Origin: Clostridia bacterium
GTDB lineage: Bacteria; Bacillota; Clostridia; Christensenellales; QALW01
Length of the DNA stretch: 64,000 bases
Direction: 5' to 3'
NCBI GenBank assembly: GCA_900769815.1
Contig: CAAGID010000030.1
Location: 80,415-144,414 of the forward strand
Below are positions 56,829 to 64,000 of this stretch, piece by piece. Both the position numbers and the translations under genes were made by a program. Positions within the stretch are counted from its first letter, which is position 1, and the number at the start of each line of letters is the position of its first letter. The notes beneath the pieces are model-generated. The model was not told where the DNA came from and ran no database searches. It was given only the letters and a program-made list of their open reading frames with translations.

Positions 56829-57666
56829 AAAAATTGTTCTTACTTCTGAGCATCTCCATCTCTGTAAGATTGCCCGCAAGCTCTTCCTTCTTTTCCTGAC
56901 TTATTGCTGCCAAAAGAGCATTTACCACACTTAAAGGTGCAACGAGGGAATCCACAAAGGATACCGTGTTGCAGTGAACCTCCATTTTAATATGTGAGTA
57001 CTCGCTTAAAGGCGAAAATGCACTGTCGGTTATGCCTATACATTTTGCACCCCGTGCCTTTGCATAGCACATAGCATCAACGGTACGCTTTGAGTATCTT
57101 GGAAAGCTTATTCCGATAAAAACATCGCCTGCACCTAAATGTATAAGCTGCTCTATATTATCACTTGAAGCATCGGTAACTGTACGCACGTTATCAAGAA
57201 TAAAATCAAGATAATACCCTAAAATATATGCTATGGTATGTGCTGAACGAACACCCATAACGTAAACACGTTTTGCATTTACAATAGTTTTTACCGCTTC
57301 TTCAAATGCCTGAGTATCAATTTCATTTAAGGTTAATTTTAAATTATCAATATCGGTTTTTAAAACCTTTTCAAAAAGCTTTGCATTGGGAAGCTGTCCC
57401 GTAAGCTCCATTCGCTGTGTTCCTGTAAGTCTTGAACGAAGCATCTCCTGAAGCTCCTTTTGTAATTCAGGGTAGCCTGAATAACCAAGTGAATCGGCGA
57501 AGCGAACCACCGTTGATTCGCTTACGCCTGCTTTAACACCCAGTTTACCTGCCGTTAAAAATGCGGCAGAATCAAAATTTTCCATAATATAAGTGGCAAT
57601 TTTTTTATGCCCCTTACTCATTTTTTTATATGCAAGATCTATTTTTTCAGTAAAATCTGCACTCAT
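56812..57666 (-). CDS. MurR/RpiR-family transcriptional regulator (HTH + SIS domain)
   Basis: …MSKGHKKIATYIMEN…TAGKLGVKAGVSESTVVRFADSLGYSGYPELQ… followed by a SIS domain (…VYVMGVRSAH…). Confidence 0.85.
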   Translation of the reverse strand: MSADFTEKIDLAYKKMSKGHKKIATYIMENFDSAAFLTAGKLGVKAGVSESTVVRFADSLGYSGYPELQKELQEMLRSRLTGTQRMELTGQLPNAKLFEKVLKTDIDNLKLTLNEIDTQAFEEAVKTIVNAKRVYVMGVRSAHTIAYILGYYLDFILDNVRTVTDASSDNIEQLIHLGAGDVFIGISFPRYSKRTVDAMCYAKARGAKCIGITDSAFSPLSEYSHIKMEVHCNTVSFVDSLVAPLSVVNALLAAISQEKKEELAGNLTEMEMLRSKNNFYAGKK

Positions 57667-57681
57667 AAATGAAAATTCCTT

Positions 57682-59076
57682 TTACATAATTTCGCTTACG
57701 CTAACAGAAATGTCAAGTTCCTTTTTGCCTTCTTTAGCCTCTTTACGTGCTTTAAAGAAGTTCATTGCAACCTGCGGGAAAAGTGCGTATGAAAGTACGT
57801 CTTCTTCCTGCTCCATAAAGTCTTTTATCTCTGCTTTAAGACTTTCGTATTCAGGCTTTAATGCGTCTGCGGGTCTATTTGTAATAACAGGTGTGTCTCC
57901 GATACACTTTTTGCGAACTTCCTCGTTAACAGGTGCGGGAAGCTGACCGTATTCGCCTGCTAAAAGACCTTTTGATTCCTTTGTAACCATCTTATAACGC
58001 TCGCCCATAAGCACGTTAAGAACTGCCTGAGTACCTACGATCTGGCTGGTAGGTGTAACCAAAGGAGGATAGCCGAAATCCTTTCTTACATTGGGAACTT
58101 CAGCTAAACAATCCTGAAGCTTATCCTCTTTGCCTGCTTCCTTAAGCTGTGAAAGAAGGTTTGAGAACATACCGCCTGGAACCTGATATAAAAGTGTGTT
58201 GATGTTAACAGCTAATACCTTGGGGTCAAGAATCTTATCGTTTGTAAGACGCTGTGCAACCTTCTTAAAGTGTGCTGAAGCCTCAACAAGCTTATCAAGT
58301 TCAAGACCTGTATCATACTCAGTACCCTTAAGCGTAGCAACCAAGGATTCAGTTGTGGGCTGGCTGGTGCCGTTTGCTAAGGGAGAAAGTGCAGTATCTA
58401 CAATATCAACACCTGCTTCAATAGCCTTTAAGATGGTCATATCGCCCGTACCTGAAGTATTGTGTGTGTGAAGATGGATAGGACACTTAACTGCTTTTTT
58501 AAGTTTTGTTACAAGCTCATAAGCATCATAAGGAAGAAGAAGGTTTGCCATATCCTTGATACAAATAATATCTGCCCCCATCTGTTCCATCTGCTTTGCA
58601 AGCTCAACGAAATAATTTGTATCGTGAACAGGACTTGTGGTATAACTCATTGCAAGCTCTGCAATACCGCCGTACTTCTTTGTGCTTTTTGCTGCCTGTT
58701 CCATATTTCTTAAATCGTTAAGAGCGTCGAAAATACGAATGATTTCAATTCCGTTTTCAACTGACTTCTGAACAAACTTATCAACTACGTCATCAGCATA
58801 GTGACGGTAGCCTAAAATGTTCTGTCCGCGAAGAAGCATCTGTAATTTTGTATTGGGAAGTGCCTTCTTTAATTTGCGGAGTCTGTCCCAGGGGTCTTCA
58901 TTTAAGAAACGCAGGCAGGAGTCAAAGGTTGCACCTCCCCAGGCCTCCAATGAATGATAACCGATGCTGTCCAATATTTCACAAGCAGGAAGCATCTCTT
59001 CAATTTTCATACGTGTTGCAGCCTGGGATTGGTGTGCGTCACGTAAAATAGTATCTGTAATTAAAACTTTTGCCAT
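57682..59076 (-). CDS. oadA: Oxaloacetate decarboxylase alpha-type carboxyltransferase subunit (no fused biotinyl domain)
   Basis: MAKVLITDTILRDAHQSQ…LEAWGGATFD…HLHTHNTSG… is the pyruvate-carboxyltransferase (HMGL-like) fold. At 464 aa it ends before any AMKM biotin domain. Confidence 0.85.
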   Translation of the reverse strand: MAKVLITDTILRDAHQSQAATRMKIEEMLPACEILDSIGYHSLEAWGGATFDSCLRFLNEDPWDRLRKLKKALPNTKLQMLLRGQNILGYRHYADDVVDKFVQKSVENGIEIIRIFDALNDLRNMEQAAKSTKKYGGIAELAMSYTTSPVHDTNYFVELAKQMEQMGADIICIKDMANLLLPYDAYELVTKLKKAVKCPIHLHTHNTSGTGDMTILKAIEAGVDIVDTALSPLANGTSQPTTESLVATLKGTEYDTGLELDKLVEASAHFKKVAQRLTNDKILDPKVLAVNINTLLYQVPGGMFSNLLSQLKEAGKEDKLQDCLAEVPNVRKDFGYPPLVTPTSQIVGTQAVLNVLMGERYKMVTKESKGLLAGEYGQLPAPVNEEVRKKCIGDTPVITNRPADALKPEYESLKAEIKDFMEQEEDVLSYALFPQVAMNFFKARKEAKEGKKELDISVSVSEIM

Positions 59077-59088
59077 AATATACCTCCA

Positions 59089-60549
59089 TTAACCATAGAT
59101 AGCGAGAAGTACACCGGCAGCAACTGCTGAACCGATAACACCTGCTACGTTGGGGCCCATTGCATGCATCAAAAGGAAGTTCTTGGGGTTAGCCTTCTGA
59201 CCTTCAACCTGAGAAACACGTGCAGCCATAGGCACTGCTGAAACACCTGCCGAACCGATAAGAGGATTGATTTTGCCCTTTGTAAGCCAGCACATAAGCT
59301 TGCCAAGAAGCACGCCACCTGCCGTACCCATACAGAATGCAAAGAGACCCATACAAATGATAAGGAACGTCTGAAAACTGAGGAAGTTTGAACCAACTGC
59401 AGTTGCACCAACTGTCGTACCAAGAAAAATTGTAACTATATTACAAAGCTCGTTCTGAACGGTCTTACTTAAACGCTCCGTTACACCGCATACTCTTAAA
59501 AGGTTACCGAACATTAATGAACCAATAAGGGGTGCAGTATCGGGCAAAATAAGGATAACTGCTATTGCCGTTGCAATGGGGAAAATAACAAGTTCACGCT
59601 TTGAAACGGGACGAAGCTGTTCCATAACGATTTCACGTTCTTTCTTTGTTGTAAGAAGACGCATAATGGGGGGCTGAATAATAGGTACAAGTGCCATATA
59701 TGAATATGCAGCAACTGCAATAGCGGCAAGCAGATGAGGTGCAAGTTTACTTGCTACTAAAATTGCAGTAGGTCCATCAGCACCGCCGATAATACCGAGA
59801 CTTGCAGCTTCATTACCATTGAACTGACCTGTTACAATTGCAATAATAAAGGTAATAAAAATACCTACCTGTGCCGCTGCACCTAAAAGAAGACTCTTAG
59901 GATTAGCAATTAAAGGTGAGAAATCTGTCATAGCACCAACGCCCATAAAGATAAGGCAGGGATAGATGCCAAGCTTAACACCAAGATAGAGATAGTCAAA
60001 AAGGCTTGCCTTTACCAGTTCAACAGAGCTTGCAAGTTCCTGAACGTTTACCGTGCTGTTGGTAACGAAAATGTTTACACTTTCAACAACGGTTTCGCCG
60101 TACTGTATGCTTCCGTCTTTAAGAATTGAAACGGTTTCTTCAATGCCAAGACCTGAAACTGTACCGATTACATCTCCGTTAAACAATACCTGTCCATTTT
60201 TAAGTATTTCCCAGCCCTCTTTCACAATGAGGTCAGCTGAGTTGAATACGTACTGTCCGTGTCCTGCAAAAGCTGCCCAATGAACTTCACCGCCATCGAA
60301 GCAAAGGTCGTTAAATATCTGACCGATACCGATATTCGCTAAAAGCATACCTGTTGCAATAGGAACTAAAAGCAAGGGCTCGAACTTTCTGCCGATGGCA
60401 AGATACAAAAGAACACATGCAATAACAATCATAACAAGTGTCTGCCATCCGCCGCCTAAAAAATTATTAAATATGCCGTAAATTCCGCTGGTTTCCCATA
60501 AAGTTTTTATGGTTTCACCGAAATTTATCGACAAAACAGCTAAATTCAT
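59089..60549 (-). CDS. oadB: Sodium-ion-translocating decarboxylase beta subunit
   Basis: …FEPLLLVPIATGMLLAN…MGVGAMTDF…IIGGADGPTA…SAGVSAVPMAARV…HAMGPNVAGVIGSAVAAGV… is an OadB/GcdB/MmdB family pattern. Confidence 0.9.
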   Translation of the reverse strand: MNLAVLSINFGETIKTLWETSGIYGIFNNFLGGGWQTLVMIVIACVLLYLAIGRKFEPLLLVPIATGMLLANIGIGQIFNDLCFDGGEVHWAAFAGHGQYVFNSADLIVKEGWEILKNGQVLFNGDVIGTVSGLGIEETVSILKDGSIQYGETVVESVNIFVTNSTVNVQELASSVELVKASLFDYLYLGVKLGIYPCLIFMGVGAMTDFSPLIANPKSLLLGAAAQVGIFITFIIAIVTGQFNGNEAASLGIIGGADGPTAILVASKLAPHLLAAIAVAAYSYMALVPIIQPPIMRLLTTKKEREIVMEQLRPVSKRELVIFPIATAIAVILILPDTAPLIGSLMFGNLLRVCGVTERLSKTVQNELCNIVTIFLGTTVGATAVGSNFLSFQTFLIICMGLFAFCMGTAGGVLLGKLMCWLTKGKINPLIGSAGVSAVPMAARVSQVEGQKANPKNFLLMHAMGPNVAGVIGSAVAAGVLLAIYG

Positions 60550-60564
60550 ACAGTGCCTCCAAGA

Positions 60565-60912
60565 TTATTCAAGGCCTACAAGAATATCGCCCGTATTTAC
60601 TGTTGAACCCTTTGTAACTACAGATTTAACTGTACCATCCTGAGGTGCAAGAATTTCATTTTCCATCTTCATTGCTTCAAGAATGCAAAGAATATCGCCC
60701 TTCTTAACAGATGCGCCAACCTGAACCTTAACGTCAAGGATTGTTCCGGGCATAGGTGCTTCAACGTTAACTGCACCGCCTGCAATAGGTGCTGCTGCGG
60801 GAGCGGGTGCAGCCTCAGCCTTAGGTGCTTCTTTTACGGGAACAGGTGCGCCTGTCTCCTCGATTTCAACAACATATATTTTTCCGTTTACATTTACATT
60901 AAATTTACGCAT
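60565..60912 (-). CDS. Free-standing biotin carboxyl carrier subunit of the decarboxylase
   Basis: 115 aa with a Pro/Ala linker (APVPVKEAPKAEAAPAPAAAP) and the biotinylation motif …LEAMKMENEI…. Confidence 0.88.
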   Translation of the reverse strand: MRKFNVNVNGKIYVVEIEETGAPVPVKEAPKAEAAPAPAAAPIAGGAVNVEAPMPGTILDVKVQVGASVKKGDILCILEAMKMENEILAPQDGTVKSVVTKGSTVNTGDILVGLE

Positions 60913-60931
60913 TTTATTTTCCTCCTAATAA

Positions 60932-61270
60932 TTAACCCTTTTTAATTGATTTGATTTTAAAATCAGAATTACCTGTAACACAAGTAATTGCGGCAGATAT
61001 TGCGGCAATAAAATCGCCGTCTTTTTCTGCTTCGAGTGCATCGGGAGCCTCAGCCATAACACCTGCAGAAATTCTTTTTTCTTCTTTCTTCGGTGCAACA
61101 GGTGCTTTCGTCGTTTCTGCCGGTGCTTTTCTGTCCTTTAAAACAAAGTGGAGTGCTTCGATAAGTACGATGAGTATTGCAAGAACCGCAAACACAACGG
61201 TAACACCTATCAAAGTAACCATCAATGAATCAGCAACAGTGGTAGCAAGTGTCTGGAACGTTGTAACCAT
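60932..61270 (-). CDS. oadG: OadG-family (gamma/delta) small membrane subunit of Na+-pumping decarboxylase
   Basis: 112 aa with a single N-terminal TM (…LIGVTVVFAVLAILIVLI…) and a Pro/Ala/Lys-rich tail. First gene of the oad cluster; RBS AGAGAGGTG. Confidence 0.7.
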   Translation of the reverse strand: MVTTFQTLATTVADSLMVTLIGVTVVFAVLAILIVLIEALHFVLKDRKAPAETTKAPVAPKKEEKRISAGVMAEAPDALEAEKDGDFIAAISAAITCVTGNSDFKIKSIKKG

Positions 61271-61314
61271 TAAAAATTCACCTCTCTGTATTCTATGTGT
61301 ATAAACACTTTTTT

Positions 61315-61365
61315 AAAATAAAAAGCACAACACAGCGCTTTTAAAAATTGCGCTGAAGTTGTGCT
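61315..61365 (-). terminator. Strong hairpin + T-run about 45 nt upstream of oadG (rluB terminator and/or leader attenuator)
   Basis: Minus strand reads AGCACAACTTCAGCGC-AATTTTTAAAA-GCGCTGTGTTGTGCT followed by TTTTTATTTT. Confidence 0.7.
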
Positions 61366-61531
61366 ATAAAACAAGGAATAAAAGTGTAAAGGTCATTAAC
61401 CTCTACCCTAAAAAAATTATGCAATAAAACGTCTTTCTTAATCTTGCCCATTTCGGCCCTTTCGTCAAGTGAAATTACAACTTGCATTACATTGTAAAAC
61501 ACTTATGTTGTTCAAAAATTGTCGCACTATA

Positions 61532-61561
61532 ATAATATCACATAAAGGGTTATTTTGGCAA
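61532..61561 (-). promoter_or_regulatory. Candidate sigma-A promoter (TTGCCA-18-TGaTATTAT) just downstream of rluB
   Basis: Minus strand reads TTGCCA (61561-61556), an 18-nt spacer ending TGTGA, then TATTAT (61537-61532). If used, it gives a ~255-nt leader before oadG. Confidence 0.4.
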
Positions 61562-61575
61562 GCATTTTTTCTCAT

Positions 61576-62280
61576 TTATTTGATATTTTCAAGGTATTCT
61601 ATCTCATTTTCCGTCAAATATCTCCACTGCCCTTTTTTCAGCCCTGAAAGAGTAAGCTCGCCGTGACGGATACGTGTTAAATGAATAACTTTTTTATTTA
61701 CCGCTTCAAACATTTTTCTTACCTGTCTGTTTCTGCCCTCGTGGATAATTACCGATAAGCTTGTGGTGTGGTCGGTAATCTCGGTAACACGAACCTTGCT
61801 GGGTGCAGTCTTTTGTCCGTCAATGATAACGCCTGCTTGAAGTTTTAGAACTTCCTCCCTTGAGATTTCGCCTTGGATAACGGCAAGATATTCTTTTTCA
61901 ACCTCAAATTTAGGATGGGTAAGGTGATATGCCGCATCGCCGTCATTAACCAAAAGAATAAGTCCTTCGGTGTGATAGTCAAGTCTGCCTACCGGATAAA
62001 GGCGCACCTTTTCGTCAACAAGGTCCAAAACGGTAGTTCTGCCTTCAGGGTCCGAAGCGGTGCTCATAACCTTATCAGGCTTATAAAGCATTATGTACAC
62101 CCGATTTTTCGGGAGTTTTAAAATTTGACCGTCAAAGGAAACTGTATCTCCTTCATTTACTTTTGTGCCAAGCTCAGTTACTGTTACACCATTTACTTGA
62201 ACTCTGCCCTCTAAAATAAGCTGTTCTGAAGCACGCCTTGAAGCAACACCGCAATCTGCCATATATTTTTGTAATCTCAT
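61576..62280 (-). CDS. rluB: Pseudouridine synthase, RsuA/RluB family
   Basis: MRLQKYMADCGVASRRASEQLILEGRVQVNG… (S4 domain) and …VGRLDYHTEGLILL… (catalytic Asp motif). Confidence 0.88.
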   Translation of the reverse strand: MRLQKYMADCGVASRRASEQLILEGRVQVNGVTVTELGTKVNEGDTVSFDGQILKLPKNRVYIMLYKPDKVMSTASDPEGRTTVLDLVDEKVRLYPVGRLDYHTEGLILLVNDGDAAYHLTHPKFEVEKEYLAVIQGEISREEVLKLQAGVIIDGQKTAPSKVRVTEITDHTTSLSVIIHEGRNRQVRKMFEAVNKKVIHLTRIRHGELTLSGLKKGQWRYLTENEIEYLENIK

Positions 62281-63332
62281 TTTCTTCCTCCTTGCACGTC
62301 TTCTTTAAAAACGCAGGGCACTTTAATTACTTCTTTATTTTCAAAAAAGAACTTTATCTCCCCTGCACCCTGTCCCTTTTTAACGGGAGCATCAGTATCT
62401 AATAAGAGTTCATACTTTGCCTTAAGATACTCCCCCTTTTTTAATGGATAGAAAACGTCTTCTTTTGTTATTATATCACACTTTTCAGAATTTCCGCCAA
62501 AAATATTTGCAGAAGTTACAATTTCATCTTTTTTTGAAATCTGAACGAACTTATATTCCGAAAATGCCTTGTTTAAAAGCGTTTTTGAATCGTTAAACCA
62601 ATTATAATCATTTAAAACGACGCATATTACCTGCACACCGTTGCGTGTGGCTGACGAACAAAGACATCTCCCCGCATTTCTCGTATAGCCCGTTTTAATA
62701 CCGTCTCCGCCTTCAAGCTCGCCTAGTATGCGGTTTTTATTATAAAGATACCGAAGATTTTTGTCCTCGCCTATTTGATAATTTTTGGTTGATACAACTT
62801 TCTTGAAAATATCATTATTCATTGCATAAGCACAAAGACGGGCAAGGTCGTTGCTTGTTGTATAGTGATTTTCACTTTTTAAACCGCAAGGGTCCTCAAA
62901 ATGAGTATCCTTTAAGTTAAGTTCACGCGCCTTTTCATTCATAAGTGCAATAAAATCTTCACTGCTTCCCGAAGTAAGAATCGCTAAAGCATACGCCGCA
63001 TCGTTACCTGAAGCCATCATTAAACCGTATAAAAGTTCTTCCCCTGTAAGTTTTTCGCCTTTTTTAAGGTATATCGACGAGCCTTCTATACCAACCGCTT
63101 CATCGGGAATATCGTATATCTTATATAAATCAAGATTTTCGATTACTAAAATGGCAGTCATAACCTTCGTGGTGCTTGCCATTGCCATTCTTTTATTGCC
63201 GTTGCTTTCATATAAAATTCTGCCTGAAGATTTTTCAATAACGGTGTACGCCGAAGCCGAAACTGCCTGAGCGTTTATATTAAACGCAGTTATGCATATA
63301 AACAAAAGCATAACCGATATAATTTTTTTCAT
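62277..63332 (-). CDS. D-alanyl-D-alanine carboxypeptidase (serine-type, PBP5/DacB-like)
   Basis: Signal peptide MKKIISVMLLFICITAFNINAQA; …MASTTKVMTA… (SxxK), …SGND… (SxN) and …KTGYT… (KTG). Start at the ATG at 63332 after GGAGG. Confidence 0.88.
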   Translation of the reverse strand: MKKIISVMLLFICITAFNINAQAVSASAYTVIEKSSGRILYESNGNKRMAMASTTKVMTAILVIENLDLYKIYDIPDEAVGIEGSSIYLKKGEKLTGEELLYGLMMASGNDAAYALAILTSGSSEDFIALMNEKARELNLKDTHFEDPCGLKSENHYTTSNDLARLCAYAMNNDIFKKVVSTKNYQIGEDKNLRYLYNKNRILGELEGGDGIKTGYTRNAGRCLCSSATRNGVQVICVVLNDYNWFNDSKTLLNKAFSEYKFVQISKKDEIVTSANIFGGNSEKCDIITKEDVFYPLKKGEYLKAKYELLLDTDAPVKKGQGAGEIKFFFENKEVIKVPCVFKEDVQGGRK

Positions 63333-63342
63333 AAATTCCTCC

Positions 63343-63373
63343 AAAAATAAAAAATAGAGTCTTTCAACTCTAT
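63343..63373 (-). terminator. Hairpin + T-run between gerW and the carboxypeptidase gene
   Basis: Minus strand reads AAAAAATAGAGT-TGAAAG-ACTCTATTTTTTATTTTT. The T-run runs directly into the GGAGG RBS of the next gene. Confidence 0.6.
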
Positions 63374-63381
63374 TTTTTGCA

Positions 63382-63771
63382 TTATTCTAAATTTAAGTCT
63401 TCATTATTTCTGGTAAAATTTTTAATTTGTTCCATTACTTGCGGTACAAGGTCAATTATTTTATCGTAACTGCTGTTTTTCTGAATAGGCAAAAATCTTA
63501 TATTGTCCCCCGAAATTATTAAAAATCCGCTGGGTTTTACCGATACACCCGCTCCGGAAGCACCTAAAAAAGGATAGTCTTCTTTTTTGCTTTCATTAAA
63601 CTCGTATTCTCCGCCACCCGAAACAAAACCAAAGCCTATCTGTGATACGGGAATTACTGTTGCTCCGTTAGGTGCGATTACCGCATTACCTATAACCTTG
63701 TCAACGTCAATCATTTTATTGAGGTTTTCCATTGTAGATGTCATTATGTTTTCAATAGGATGCTTTTCCAT
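63382..63771 (-). CDS. gerW: GerW/YtfJ-family sporulation protein
   Basis: MEKHPIENIMTSTMENLNKMIDVDKVIGNAVIAPNGATVIPVSQIGFGFVSGGGEY… follows the YtfJ pattern. Confidence 0.85.
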   Translation of the reverse strand: MEKHPIENIMTSTMENLNKMIDVDKVIGNAVIAPNGATVIPVSQIGFGFVSGGGEYEFNESKKEDYPFLGASGAGVSVKPSGFLIISGDNIRFLPIQKNSSYDKIIDLVPQVMEQIKNFTRNNEDLNLE

Positions 63772-64000
63772 TTCTTTTTTCCTCCATATATTTTTAAAAT
63801 TGCAATAAGCCCGTGAAAGAGATTTGTTTTAAATATTCCTTGTCCGAAAAATTCGAAAACTTCCTCATTAAATTCAGGAATAATATCTATTTGACAATTT
63901 TCTTTTACCCTAAAAGGTGCCGTCAAGCCCGAAAGTGCACCGTTTAACATTGCCGAAGACGATGCCTCTCCTGTACCTATTCTCGCCTTAATTTTAAGAT
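63744..64000 (-). CDS. DUF2953/YtfI-like protein, C-terminal part (5' end beyond window)
   Basis: The frame stays open from the window edge (…LKIKARIGTGEASSSAMLNGALSGL…) to the stop at 63744. It overlaps the gerW start, the same pairing as B. subtilis ytfI-ytfJ. Confidence 0.55.
   Translation of the reverse strand, partial: LKIKARIGTGEASSSAMLNGALSGLTAPFRVKENCQIDIIPEFNEEVFEFFGQGIFKTNLFHGLIAILKIYGGKKKWKSILLKT

Noticed and set aside
59800-60330. About 115-aa insertion in OadB (…FNDLCFDGGEVHWAAFAGHG…VELVKASLFDYLYLGVKLG…) as a possible novel domain
   Set aside because: Klebsiella OadB, as I recall it, also carries a long poorly conserved loop at the same position between the N-terminal helices and the MGVGAMTDF block. 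Length variation there is probably ordinary.
1-64000. CRISPR arrays, transposases/IS elements, integrases, prophage or toxin-antitoxin/defence modules
   Set aside because: I found no regularly spaced direct repeats. No ORF has a DDE, tyrosine- or serine-recombinase, Cas, or typical defence-system signature. The tRNA pair is not flanked by an integrase or an att-like duplication.

Overview
64-kb chromosomal segment of a low-GC, spore-forming Firmicute. It looks Clostridia-like: class-III FBPase, IspH-S1 fusion, PurO-type IMP cyclohydrolase, GerW/YtfJ and a Na+-pumping oxaloacetate decarboxylase. Every gene I can support is on the minus strand; the plus-strand ORFs in the track look like antisense shadows. 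In transcription order (high to low coordinates) the window holds: a ytfI-like/gerW sporulation pair, a D-Ala-D-Ala carboxypeptidase and rluB; an oadG, biotin-carrier, oadB, oadA operon followed by rpiR, an HI0933-type flavoprotein, cmk, plsC and ispH-rpsA; ldhA; an SGNH/DUF4886 gene; an 8-gene pyr operon (pyrC-carB-pyrK-pyrD-pyrF-pyrE-pyrB-pyrI, no carA); a ZTP-riboswitch-controlled pur operon (purE-F-M-N-O-H-D-L) that runs without a terminator into fhs, fbp, a 64-aa ORF and a polysaccharide deacetylase; a ~20-kb Wzx/Wzy-type surface-polysaccharide locus; fucU; tRNA-Val and tRNA-Asp; a decayed four-helix-bundle gene; a beta-CASP MBL nuclease; and secDF. The accessory and most unusual part is the polysaccharide locus (about 5.9-25.7 kb). 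It combines an aminotransferase + small phosphoglycosyltransferase initiation pair, UDP-GlcA/UDP-GalA synthesis, a galacturonokinase-like GHMP kinase + nucleotidyltransferase pair, two different ATP-grasp ligases, and an SDR::TagD-type cytidylyltransferase fusion next to a TagF-like transferase. I saw no CRISPR array, transposase, integrase, phage gene or rRNA. All product calls rest on reading the translated ORFs and recalled family motifs; no database search was possible.
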